From the IMG/VR virus record IMGVR_UViG_3300017971_007904: a DNA stretch of 64,000 bases; one strand, given 5' to 3'. Source of the stretch: a virus (taxonomy: Duplodnaviria > Heunggongvirae > Uroviricota > Caudoviricetes). A program made the translations under genes and the position numbers. Position 1 is the stretch's first letter; each line of letters opens with the position of its first letter. Of the stretch, positions 55,504 to 64,000 are shown piece after piece. Under the pieces are notes generated by a model, which was not told the DNA's origin, searched no databases, and was given only the letters and a program-made list of their open reading frames with translations.

Positions 55504-55707
55504 GTGCAATTTCTCACAAAGTCATGGCTATTCCCAGCTATTTTGGTTATCTTCGCATTGATTGCTATCGTCCATCAGACCAACTTCTCAGTTGTGGATT
55601 GTCTTCCGGATCGGCTCGTGGATCGAGTTGCGGATCGAGTGATCGAGAAGCTGGATGCTGACTACAGTCCATTTGGACCCTCGGGACCTGTGGAACCCGG
55701 CAACTAG
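55504..55707 (+). CDS. small membrane protein
   Basis: GTG start with AAAGGAG SD; hydrophobic N-terminus. Confidence 0.4.
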   Translation: MQFLTKSWLFPAILVIFALIAIVHQTNFSVVDCLPDRLVDRVADRVIEKLDADYSPFGPSGPVEPGN

Positions 55708-56156
55708 TGGCCGTATTGGTCTGTTGGGCCGACAGAGCCACTCGTGGGCGACTTATGTCCCCATGTGCGGACGAACACATCAGGTTTGGCTTGTACTAGC
55801 TTGTAGTCGCTTAGGCTGCCGTCTTGGTCGAAGACGACATGGATAATATCACCTTCTTTGGGTGGCTCCGTGTCTTTCGATACGAATTTGTCGTATGGAA
55901 TGTTGACCTCTGCGGAGTTCCCATTCGGGTCTTCAACAGAGAGGGTGACGGTATCTCCCTCCACCTCTTTACTGCGAATGACACCTTGGATATCGCTCTG
56001 TCCGAGGACCATCCGCACCCCAGGCATTTCTTGTTGACGGCCTGAGCCAGTAGGTTTGGTTCCTTCGGGCTCGAAGTAACCCGCCGTTATCTCTAGGAAT
56101 TTTCGGAATCTCATTTCTCTGATGTATATAGGAGAACCAATGAGAATCAAGAACAT
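55704..56156 (-). CDS. hypothetical protein (start uncertain)
   Basis: 150-aa ORF; an alternative start at 56114 gives 136 aa. Confidence 0.4.
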   Translation of the reverse strand: MFLILIGSPIYIREMRFRKFLEITAGYFEPEGTKPTGSGRQQEMPGVRMVLGQSDIQGVIRSKEVEGDTVTLSVEDPNGNSAEVNIPYDKFVSKDTEPPKEGDIIHVVFDQDGSLSDYKLVQAKPDVFVRTWGHKSPTSGSVGPTDQYGH

Positions 56157-56454
56157 TCATCCACTTATACCGTTCTGCGTAGAACTAGAATCTGGCGGTT
56201 CGGCCTTCTTCTTTGTTGATAAGGATTGCCGAGAACTTATTCCGTTGAACTCGTCCACCTCACAGGGGTGGTATGAGGATTCATGGAATGAATTGACGGA
56301 GGCCGTTTTTGCCGAGCTTGATGAGCAAGACGCCACAGTTTTCAAAGCCCCGGTAATTCCGAAGCAGGTATTGGAATCGGCCAATAAGTGTACGTTGAAG
56401 ATGAATCAATACCGGGAAGAGGCGGTAAAGAAAGCGGGTCCTAATGCATTTTGA
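56140..56454 (+). CDS. hypothetical protein
   Basis: ATG at 56140 with AGGAGA SD. Confidence 0.45.
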   Translation: MRIKNIHPLIPFCVELESGGSAFFFVDKDCRELIPLNSSTSQGWYEDSWNELTEAVFAELDEQDATVFKAPVIPKQVLESANKCTLKMNQYREEAVKKAGPNAF

Positions 56455-56710
56455 AAATTTCAAATCGGAAGTCACGATGCCGGGCGACCGACCTAGGTCG
56501 AAAAGGCAGAATGTGCTCAGCCCGGATAAGCTTACGCATTATCATATGCGCAACTGGGTTCAGAATGCTGCCCTCGATGAAGAGACCAAAGTTGAGCTTC
56601 TCAAAGAGATTGCGAAGTACCCCGCCAACACGATGCACCACTTCTTTGACAACATCCACAAACATATCGCTCGTATTCACAAGAAGCGAAACAAAAAAGA
56701 AGAAGATTGA
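56444..56710 (+). CDS. hypothetical basic protein
   Basis: 88 aa. Confidence 0.4.
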   Translation: MHFENFKSEVTMPGDRPRSKRQNVLSPDKLTHYHMRNWVQNAALDEETKVELLKEIAKYPANTMHHFFDNIHKHIARIHKKRNKKEED

Positions 56711-56754
56711 TACTCATATACTCATAATAACCCCTTAAGATTGTGAGTGTATGT

Positions 56755-57240
56755 ATGGCAACGATTGATACAGAAAACCCTGTTGTCCATCTGGACGAAT
56801 TGAAGGAATTAGCGGGAAGAGTGGCGGAACTTGAGAAAGACGCCGTCAAAGTAATGAAGCAACGTGTTGAACAGGTCAAAATCTACGCCAGTGATGAAGC
56901 TTGCTTCCCCACGCCTGATGGAAGTCATGGCTTTGATTTGAAGTTCAGTTCCGACTCGCCAGAACCAGCAATTCCACCACGGATGGCTTTTCCCCTTGAC
57001 TGCGGCTTCTCGGTTGAACTACCCAAGGGAATGCGGGTAGCAGTACAAGTAACCGAAGATTGGGCCAAGAAGGGCCTTATCCTTACCGTCAATACGTATG
57101 ACGAGTCCGTAGAACGCCGTCAGGTTACCGTTATGGCTTACAATGTCGGAAGGCAAATTCTGGCCTTTGAGCACGGTCAAATCCTTGGCAAAATCTGGTT
57201 TGTGAAAGCCGACCAAGTAGCTTTGGTGAGTTGCAAATGA
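56755..57240 (+). CDS. hypothetical protein, possibly dUTPase/dCTP-deaminase-like beta-barrel fold
   Basis: Weak resemblance to dUTPase motifs (DGSHGFDL; AKKGLILTVNTYDES); no SD. Confidence 0.3.
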   Translation: MATIDTENPVVHLDELKELAGRVAELEKDAVKVMKQRVEQVKIYASDEACFPTPDGSHGFDLKFSSDSPEPAIPPRMAFPLDCGFSVELPKGMRVAVQVTEDWAKKGLILTVNTYDESVERRQVTVMAYNVGRQILAFEHGQILGKIWFVKADQVALVSCK

Positions 57241-57452
57241 AACAAGCTTGGGTAGTTTGGCAAGTAGCGAGACAAGTCGAAGGAGACAATCTCAGTCCGT
57301 TGATCGAATTGGTTACGACGAATAAGCAACGGGCCGAGCAATTTGTACAAGACAATCAAATCAAAGATAGATTCGTCAACATCGGCGGTCACCAATATGC
57401 CGTAGTTCAACGTGCAATTATTGAAGTTGATCTTGACGATAGCGAAGAATAA
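57231..57452 (+). CDS. hypothetical small protein
   Basis: 73 aa. Confidence 0.4.
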   Translation: MQMKQAWVVWQVARQVEGDNLSPLIELVTTNKQRAEQFVQDNQIKDRFVNIGGHQYAVVQRAIIEVDLDDSEE

Positions 57453-57460
57453 GGAGTTGC

Positions 57461-58198
57461 ATGACAACAGTATACAATCCTTTAGAGGGAGATCGTGCCG
57501 AACTAAGTATCGATGTGGCCGAACAGGGTTCTGAAGAGCGAATCTCGATCATCATCATACACAAAGATCGACCAGAGTACTTAAACATCTGCCTCCAGAC
57601 CATTACAGTTACCAGTCTTAATAACAACTATGAGTTAATTGTGGTCGATAATGGTTCGGGTCAAAGAACTCAAGACTTCCTCACTGAACTAGAGGAAGAT
57701 GGTGTTAAGGTCATCCGGAATGATGAGAATGTTTGGTGGGCCGAGGCTGCGAATCAAGGGGTAAAAGCCGCTAGTAAGAACTCGAAGTACCTCGTATTCC
57801 TCCACCACGATATCAACGTGACTAATCCAGCGTGGCTTGATCTCATGATCAATGTATCAGAGGCTACAAAGTCTGGGCTCGTGGGAATGAATCTGCGACG
57901 TTACGAGTTGAATAACCAGTTTATTCCGTTTGTTGACGAGAGTTGTATGATGGTTAGTCGAGAGTGTTGGAATGATGTTGGTCCCTTTGTTGAAGATTTC
58001 AAACAAGAGGGGGCACCGTTTTTCTTTACATTCAAAGCCAACAAGTTGGGTTACAACCCTCAGGCAATCGATCAGAAGCACACGCCGTGTGTACATCATT
58101 TTCGTATCTTCGCTTTGGATTATAGTGATTACGAAAGGTTCTGTGAGAAGGCCCGAATTACCCTCCCGCAACACATTGGTGAATTGCAAAAGGTATGA
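57461..58198 (+). CDS. family-2 glycosyltransferase (GT-A fold)
   Basis: ISIIIIHKDRPEYLNICLQTI...YELIVVDNGSG and a DxD-like region; 245 aa. Confidence 0.75.
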   Translation: MTTVYNPLEGDRAELSIDVAEQGSEERISIIIIHKDRPEYLNICLQTITVTSLNNNYELIVVDNGSGQRTQDFLTELEEDGVKVIRNDENVWWAEAANQGVKAASKNSKYLVFLHHDINVTNPAWLDLMINVSEATKSGLVGMNLRRYELNNQFIPFVDESCMMVSRECWNDVGPFVEDFKQEGAPFFFTFKANKLGYNPQAIDQKHTPCVHHFRIFALDYSDYERFCEKARITLPQHIGELQKV

Positions 58199-58500
58199 AG
58201 TATTGCACCGCAGAGGACATTGCGACACGTATCATAAGGAGGTACCCAGATGCGGGTTACTTCCCCGAGGCTTCTCGCCTTGTTGTAGGGACACCAGGAA
58301 GGCGACATTCGCAGCCCGGTTGGTGTGCGATTGGGCTTTTGTATGAAGTCGAGGCTAATTCATGGGCCATTTTGACTGGCTTGATGGATGAGGATGGCTA
58401 CCGACCGCTATGGGATGTATACGCCAACCGGGAGTTGGTAGAGGAAGAACTGGCGAAAGCATGTAAGGGTCTGGGCGGCGTGTACGCTAAAGGTTATTAG
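58195..58500 (+). CDS. hypothetical protein
   Basis: 101 aa; ATGA overlap with the upstream gene. Confidence 0.45.
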   Translation: MKYCTAEDIATRIIRRYPDAGYFPEASRLVVGTPGRRHSQPGWCAIGLLYEVEANSWAILTGLMDEDGYRPLWDVYANRELVEEELAKACKGLGGVYAKGY

Positions 58501-58946
58501 ACCATTTTCTTGATGAATCTCTCCCATTCGGGATGGTTGTGAACTTCGATCTTATTCTTGGCATATGTGTTGGCATAAGCGTGACAGAATAACTCTTCGG
58601 CTCCCTGATTCACCTTACCTTTTGTCTTTTTGACGATTGCTTTCCATTGCCTTTTCGTATGCGCACACATCAGGTGACACCAGACGAGGTGTCCTATCTC
58701 ATGGAGAATGGCAAACTCACGCCCATAATTCCAAGGTGCCGCAATTACAATCTTTTTATGATCAAGATCATTTGAGCCGATATTGTCGTCTGAGCCTGAT
58801 AGCACGTTATCGCCTTGGAAGTCGAAGCTGTAACCCTTTAGGAATTTGCGGTGACTCTTAGGTATCTTTCCCAGCGTGGTACTCAGGTCCCCAGACTCTT
58901 TTTTGCTCTTAGCTTCGTTCAGATAGTAGAAAACTCGGAATTGCAT
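58497..58946 (-). CDS. putative zinc metallopeptidase (HExxH)
   Basis: FAILHEIGHLVWCH HExxH motif with a downstream His/Glu. Confidence 0.5.
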   Translation of the reverse strand: MQFRVFYYLNEAKSKKESGDLSTTLGKIPKSHRKFLKGYSFDFQGDNVLSGSDDNIGSNDLDHKKIVIAAPWNYGREFAILHEIGHLVWCHLMCAHTKRQWKAIVKKTKGKVNQGAEELFCHAYANTYAKNKIEVHNHPEWERFIKKMV

Positions 58947-59462
58947 GTGTTATTTAGCCAAGAAAAACTCAAATTGCATTACGATCTTGCCGATGGTATA
59001 AATAGGGGCAACGGCAACGATTTGTTTCCGTTGCCCTGATTGTCCAGAAAGGTGGAAACCGCCATTAGTCATCACGGGTCTGCTATCTATCTGCGGCGGC
59101 GAGGTTTGTCATTGAGTGATCATAACACGTCATATCCCTCACGTCGCAGAGAAGTAGAGACAAAGCATCAAAGGTGATCCCAAATATGCGAAACTATCAT
59201 GTTTGTCGTTTCATGATACTACGCAGACCGAGGAGATTCGGAGGTGTCAACGGCCTGACCCAAATGACCAAGCACCTATTGTAAGGATCGGTGCCGTAAT
59301 TTTGCATTACGTGGCTTCGGTGTCGTCACCCACCTTTCATTGACTCCGGAAACGGACAGTGGACCACTCTTTATGGCCACTGCCCAATTCCGGAGTCTTT
59401 ACTTGTGAAAAGGCACTTTATCTTGGCTATTATAAAGAAAGACTTCAGAGGAAAGTTCATAC
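58947..59462. promoter_or_regulatory. 516-nt noncoding region with several hairpins/inverted repeats upstream of phoH
   Basis: Hairpins at ~59013-59037 (GGGCAACGG/CCGTTGCCC), ~59195-59218 (TATCATG/CATGATA) and a nested inverted repeat at 59342-59397 (GACTCCGGAA ... TTCCGGAGTC with inner CAGTGGACC/GGCCACTG); TATTATAAA -10-like element and AGAGGAAAG SD precede the phoH ATG. Confidence 0.5.
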
Positions 59463-60137
59463 ATGCCAAGACGTAGTGCGAGACGCAAGGAACAGGAATC
59501 ATCCCACGTTCCAATACCGCAAGAGTTTGCGTTAGAGTTTTTACACCCATCACAGGAGTTAGCATACCGTCAGTACCAACGACATGACCTACTGTTTTTG
59601 CTGGGTCCCGCTGGAACTGGAAAAACGCATTTAGCGACTGGGTTTGCTATTCAGGAGATTCTGCAAAAGAGAAAAGAACGTATCATTGTGACAAGGCCAG
59701 TCGTAGAGTCGGGGGAAAGCCTTGGCTACCTCCCAGGAGATTTCTACGAGAAGGTTTTACCATATATGATGCCGGTCTACGATTGCATCGATAAGATTGT
59801 CGGAAAAGGTAGTGTAAACTGGGAGAAGGTTCGAGCCGCCCTCGAAATCGTACCTATCAATTACATGAGGGGGCGAACATTTGATTCATCAGTATTCATT
59901 TTGGACGAGGCGCAAAATTGCACATATGACCAAATCAAGCTAGCCATCAGCCGGTTGGGTTTTGATAGTAAAATGGTCATTACCGGTGATCCGCAACAAT
60001 CGGATTTAGTTGGTGAAGTTGCGTTGGAGAATGTTGTAGCGAAAATTAGCCCACTTTCGGGAGTTGCAACCATGCGGTTCAAGGAGAACGATATCGTAAG
60101 GCATTCTCTTATTGCACGTATCCTTAAAAGGTTGTAG
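59463..60137 (+). CDS. phoH: PhoH-like ATPase
   Basis: Walker A GPAGTGKT and the typical PhoH core (VTRPVVE...LGYLPGD...DEAQN...ITGDPQQSD). Confidence 0.9.
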   Translation: MPRRSARRKEQESSHVPIPQEFALEFLHPSQELAYRQYQRHDLLFLLGPAGTGKTHLATGFAIQEILQKRKERIIVTRPVVESGESLGYLPGDFYEKVLPYMMPVYDCIDKIVGKGSVNWEKVRAALEIVPINYMRGRTFDSSVFILDEAQNCTYDQIKLAISRLGFDSKMVITGDPQQSDLVGEVALENVVAKISPLSGVATMRFKENDIVRHSLIARILKRL

Positions 60138-60156
60138 AATACTGTACGGTGATGAT

Positions 60157-61071
60157 ATGGATGAACCGATAACATATCCTACATGGTCCGATGTGAACAT
60201 CCCCCAATCGCTCATTCATGATGTGCGCCGATTGGGTACCGGGATCATTCTCGATTACCTGATCCTGAATCGCATCTATCGATTCCAGATCAAGGCTCAG
60301 TATGTTTATACCTGTCAGAGTTGCGGTTACCAAAAGCGGATAAGTCGAAACTACGAGAGCTATCTGCAATGCGAACAGTGTAGGTCGGGCTTGATATCTT
60401 CCCTTGCCAACTGGCGTATGGGTAAGGATCGGATCGAAGGGTGGAGCCGAAAGACTAACGATGGTTTATTGAGAAAAACCATTCGCCAGATGTCGGCGAA
60501 CTATACCCACTACTTTAGAGATTACCCGCCTGAGGATTTCTTGAAGTGTGATTGGGTCATGAAAAAACCATCGTTTGATATTCCTGAAAACGGAGTTGCA
60601 TGGGGTCAAAATTCGCCGGACCTTATGGACCTTCCTTCCGAAATGCCGTCATTCGCAGCGAAGTTCTGTTGTGGCGAGCAGGTGGTGGGTGGTAACCAGC
60701 AGATATGCATTTACAAAGCCGCTGTGTTGTGTCCGTTTCTTTGGGATGACTGTTTCGATTGGAAATACCTATCACCCAAGGATTCTGGTCGAGAGACGCA
60801 CATTTTTCCCGTCTTAAACCTTTGGTGTAAACTAAAGGGTGATCGTAAATCTAAGAAGTCCGCTTGGGCCTCCTCATCAGAAGGATTCCAATTCGCCGAT
60901 GAGGAGGAAGTTCCTATGTACAATCCTCCCCAACCTTTGCATGCCCCAGATCAGCAGAACGAAGCGCCCGCACCAGTGGAAGCTGCTCCTGTTGGACCCA
61001 ACTCTGTACCTGCGGCTGTTCTCGAAGCTCTTGCCGATGATCCCGATATATTGAATGAAATGTTCCAATGA
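60157..61071 (+). CDS. hypothetical protein with Cys pairs (start uncertain: TTG 60112 or ATG 60157)
   Basis: CQSCG...CEQC motifs; Pro/Ala-rich C-terminus. Confidence 0.45.
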   Translation: MDEPITYPTWSDVNIPQSLIHDVRRLGTGIILDYLILNRIYRFQIKAQYVYTCQSCGYQKRISRNYESYLQCEQCRSGLISSLANWRMGKDRIEGWSRKTNDGLLRKTIRQMSANYTHYFRDYPPEDFLKCDWVMKKPSFDIPENGVAWGQNSPDLMDLPSEMPSFAAKFCCGEQVVGGNQQICIYKAAVLCPFLWDDCFDWKYLSPKDSGRETHIFPVLNLWCKLKGDRKSKKSAWASSSEGFQFADEEEVPMYNPPQPLHAPDQQNEAPAPVEAAPVGPNSVPAAVLEALADDPDILNEMFQ

Positions 61072-61616
61072 GTAACTTGCTTGAAGAATACCGCCGACGC
61101 CATCGCATTCCCAGCGTGTGGCCGGTGAACGAGGGTATGTTGTTTTTCGACTTCAAGAAGAAGCCGGGTTTGATCGCAATTACAAGTTCATTCAGCAAGA
61201 GCGTGCATGCGTGTCCTGCCTGTCCGGAGAATACGGAAGCAATCGTGTTGGAAATCTTTCGATCATATCGCTTCCCACATTGCGTCCAACGGGTGATTCA
61301 TACTCACATGCCACCGGATGCCGACCTACTTCAGTATGTTCGTAACCACGTTCCGAAAGGGGATAAATTCGATCCTTATATTTCGCCAGGAGAGCGTAAT
61401 CAAGAGCGGTGGTTGTGGGAGTTCTTCCTTCAATCAAACCCGCTTAGTTCAAAGGCCCACGAGCAAATGGCTAAACTTCCATGCGAGCGACCTGACCTGC
61501 TCTGGTTGGAGCAGGCAATATGGATGATGAATAGGCAGCCGGAACAGTTCCGTACATTCTACCAAAATGTTTACTCGATATGCATGGTAAACCGCCGTTA
61601 CATTCTCATGGCTTAG
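61068..61616 (+). CDS. hypothetical protein
   Basis: 182 aa; ATGA overlap. Confidence 0.5.
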   Translation: MSNLLEEYRRRHRIPSVWPVNEGMLFFDFKKKPGLIAITSSFSKSVHACPACPENTEAIVLEIFRSYRFPHCVQRVIHTHMPPDADLLQYVRNHVPKGDKFDPYISPGERNQERWLWEFFLQSNPLSSKAHEQMAKLPCERPDLLWLEQAIWMMNRQPEQFRTFYQNVYSICMVNRRYILMA

Positions 61617-61882
61617 ACCTTGAGATTTGGCATGATTGCCTCGGCGATCCGGTGCTGTTCAAAAGCGGCTTGTTCCTGCTCCTTCTGAACGATAAATCGA
61701 CCGATCAACCAGCGTCGGTATTCACCATCAAGTGCTCTGGCTTCGCTTGGTGCCATTTGTAGGTGGTAGATTAGGAAAAAGCACTCTTCGTCTTGTTCGG
61801 TGGCTTGGTAAGTCACTTCGAGGACGTGCTCGCCATCGTTTTGATCTTTATCGCTGGGCTCTGGCATGATGATTTTGGGCAT
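61613..61882 (-). CDS. hypothetical small protein
   Basis: 89 aa, convergent with the upstream gene. Confidence 0.4.
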   Translation of the reverse strand: MPKIIMPEPSDKDQNDGEHVLEVTYQATEQDEECFFLIYHLQMAPSEARALDGEYRRWLIGRFIVQKEQEQAAFEQHRIAEAIMPNLKV

Positions 61883-61914
61883 TATTCTCTCCTTTTGTGT
61901 TAATGTAGTATTGG

Positions 61915-62442
61915 GTGTCTAAATACCACATGCGATGCTTCAAGGAGTCTAGCTGGGACGAACTTTACCAAAGTGCTGTGGATGCATTTCCACGTACTAC
62001 GATGCGACAACATGCGACCGATCCGATTGATATCACCAACTTGACGGTTGTTCCATTTCTCGGGTTCAAGACATTGTTTCTGCGCTCTAGGGCTTTGAAT
62101 GAAGATCGTGAATACTCGCCAATCGTACTCGTGAAAGGTGTTATTTATCGAGAGGATCGGCAGCCCGGTGTGATAGAAATTGAGGCGTCAGACGGGGAGA
62201 CTTATCTATTTGATCGCTTGTCGTTGGCAGACCATGACGTTTTACTGCGGTGTAATTGTCCCGACTTCTATTGGCGGTTCAATTATTACGACCACTTGGA
62301 TCACTCATTGTACGGACGGAAGCGAGCGTCCTATACAGCGACGGTGAACCCAGGATCGGCCAATCCTCTTCATATGCCTGGGGCCTGCAAACACATCATG
62401 AAGATGATGCAAGTTCTATTTAACAGTGGCATTTTTAGGTAA
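61915..62442 (+). CDS. SWIM zinc-finger-containing protein
   Basis: CNCPDF ... CKHI matches the SWIM CxCxnCxH pattern. Confidence 0.5.
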   Translation: MSKYHMRCFKESSWDELYQSAVDAFPRTTMRQHATDPIDITNLTVVPFLGFKTLFLRSRALNEDREYSPIVLVKGVIYREDRQPGVIEIEASDGETYLFDRLSLADHDVLLRCNCPDFYWRFNYYDHLDHSLYGRKRASYTATVNPGSANPLHMPGACKHIMKMMQVLFNSGIFR

Positions 62443-63373
62443 CCAAATTGACCATTTCATCTAAAAGGGACTCGAAGGTATAATCGGCTTTCCAACCTAG
62501 TACGGATTTCGCCTTGTTGGCATCCCCTTTGATACGTTGCGATTTCTTGGGCGGATCGGGTGTTACATACTGTTCATAATTGATGTCGAGTTTCTGGAAC
62601 ACGTACCTACACATATCTTCGATGGTATGTTCGTCCCCGGATGCAAGAACAAAGTCATCTGGTTCCTTGTGGTGCATTATAAGATGTATTGCACGAACAT
62701 AGTCTTTAGTGTGTCCCCAGTCTCTATACTCATTCACGTTAGGTAACTTGAGGTTTGATTGCTTACCCGCCTTGATTGCTTTGGCTGCCCTTATCACTTG
62801 TACGGTAATAGAACTGGGGTTGCTACGGGGGCTTTCGTGATCAAAGATGATACCGTTAACCGCAAATATTTTGTGCGACATACGGTAGTTCCGAACCATA
62901 TGGTATCCAAATAGCTTTGAACAACCATATGGTGTGACGGGATTCATTCTGGTAGCTTCCCTTTGATAACCATCTTCATCCGTTTCAATGCCAAACATCT
63001 CTGCTGAGGCCGTGTTATAGAACTTACAATAGGGTGCATTCAATCTACATGCCTCTAATATGTTCACGGTGCCTAGGATATTCGCTTTGGTTGTCATCAT
63101 CGGCCAATGGTTATTTGGCCGTACTGAGGCGAGGTGGTACACCTCGTCGGGCTGTATCGAGCGAATGAATCTTTCAACACCACTCGCATCGGTGATATCT
63201 CCATACTCCACGTCGATTGCGTCTTCTATGTGCCTTAGCCGTGAAGGGTGGTGGTCCGCCAGGGAGTTTTTGCGGGCTAGACCATGCACCTTGTAGTTTT
63301 TTTTCAGCAGATGTTCTGCGAGATAACTTCCGTCTTGACCGCAGATACCCGTGATAATAGCAGTTTTCTTCAT
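62435..63373 (-). CDS. gmd: GDP-mannose 4,6-dehydratase
   Basis: MKKTAIITGICGQDGSYLAEHLLKKNYKVHG, PDEVYHLA, YGCSKLFGY, NGIIFDHESPRSN, RDWGHTKDY closely track E. coli Gmd. Confidence 0.9.
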   Translation of the reverse strand: MKKTAIITGICGQDGSYLAEHLLKKNYKVHGLARKNSLADHHPSRLRHIEDAIDVEYGDITDASGVERFIRSIQPDEVYHLASVRPNNHWPMMTTKANILGTVNILEACRLNAPYCKFYNTASAEMFGIETDEDGYQREATRMNPVTPYGCSKLFGYHMVRNYRMSHKIFAVNGIIFDHESPRSNPSSITVQVIRAAKAIKAGKQSNLKLPNVNEYRDWGHTKDYVRAIHLIMHHKEPDDFVLASGDEHTIEDMCRYVFQKLDINYEQYVTPDPPKKSQRIKGDANKAKSVLGWKADYTFESLLDEMVNLVT

Positions 63374-63447
63374 ACATCACCCCCAACGTTTGATGTCCTA
63401 AGTTAGTGTAAGATTCTATCTAATTACTCCTTTATCTCATAAAAACA

Positions 63448-63699
63448 ATGAGGTTTGCCATGGAAATTGCCATTCTCGTATTAGTCTGCATATCACTCTT
63501 CTTTCACATCGTAATGGGTATCTTCCTGGTACGGATGCGTGAAAACCACGAAAACATAACGAAAGACCTGAACCGCCGCATAGAGAATCTCACAAAGGAG
63601 TTGCTTGTTAGATTGCCACCTCGACCTTATGGAGTAAATGTTGAAGAGAGGGAACCGGCTCTCACAACGGGGCCGATGGATTGGCGCACGCCAACGTGA
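63448..63699 (+). CDS. small membrane protein
   Basis: N-terminal TM helix. Confidence 0.4.
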   Translation: MRFAMEIAILVLVCISLFFHIVMGIFLVRMRENHENITKDLNRRIENLTKELLVRLPPRPYGVNVEEREPALTTGPMDWRTPT

Positions 63700-63770
63700 G
63701 ATTGACATTCACTTCTTCGTGATTTACACTGCCTGTGTAAGGATAAGTTCTCACAGGAGTTGGTAGGTCC

Positions 63771-64000
63771 AATGAAGGTGAAATATCTCAAGTTCAACAC
63801 GAAGCGTCGGTTTGGAGTTGAAATAGAACTGAACCGCCACTTAAGCCAGCAAGGTCTTCGTGAGGTAGTCGGTGATGTTGTCGGTTATGATAATACGGCG
63901 ATCCATGGATGGGGTTATACCTGTAATAACACCCAATGGATCATCAAGCCGGATTCCTCATGCGGAGATTTAGGAAACAAAAACAAAGACGGCGGCGGTT
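63771..64000 (+). CDS. hypothetical protein, 3'-truncated by window edge
   Basis: ORF running off the end; AGGT upstream. Confidence 0.4.

Noticed and set aside
1-64000. CRISPR array, integrase/transposase, reverse transcriptase (DGR/retron) or toxin-antitoxin pairs
   Set aside because: No spacer-repeat arrays, tyrosine/serine recombinase, transposase or RT motifs were recognised in any frame. The only mobile-type elements found are the intein and the HNH endonuclease.

Overview
The window is a densely packed, mostly co-directional set of protein-coding genes that looks like part of a very large bacteriophage (jumbo/mega-phage). Evidence: Shine-Dalgarno sites, 4-nt ATGA start/stop overlaps, a freestanding HNH endonuclease, an intein carrying a LAGLIDADG homing endonuclease, PhoH, ribosomal protein S21, peptide deformylase, IF3, a tmRNA and many small unknown ORFs. 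No capsid, terminase or tail genes fall in this window. Recognisable content, by theme: (i) a complete PrkA (YeaG) Ser-kinase, YeaH/DUF444 and SpoVR (YcgB) stress/sporulation triad; (ii) a DNA polymerase III alpha (DnaE) gene split into two ORFs about 7 kb apart, the N-terminal ORF interrupted by an intein, with the intervening 7 kb carrying a tmRNA, a GluRS-like catalytic domain protein, sugar-nucleotide enzymes and a PspC-domain protein; (iii) a dispersed translation set (S21, peptide deformylase, IF3 with an apparent AUC start, DnaJ, ClpP-family protease, tmRNA, class-I aaRS-like protein); (iv) an operon with a class-I glutamine-amidotransferase/C26 peptidase-like protein followed by two paralogous SPFH/band-7 (flotillin/HflKC-like) membrane proteins; (v) sugar-nucleotide and glycosylation genes (HldE ADP-heptose synthase, GDP-mannose 4,6-dehydratase, an SDR epimerase/dehydratase, two truncated UDP-glucose-dehydrogenase-family paralogs, HAD beta-PGM-like phosphatase, GT2 glycosyltransferase, TPP-dependent 2-keto-acid decarboxylase); (vi) nucleotide-metabolism and RNA-processing genes (dCMP deaminase, HD phosphohydrolase, DHH/NrnA-like phosphoesterase) plus two deaminase-fold paralogs with degenerate active sites; (vii) a stand-alone REC-PAS response-regulator-like protein. 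Several Rho-independent terminators, a sigma70-like promoter giving a near-leaderless mRNA, T-rich tandem repeats with a palindrome upstream of prkA, and a ~500-nt noncoding region with nested inverted repeats upstream of phoH are also visible. All functional calls rest on motif recognition by eye in the supplied translations; no database search was run.
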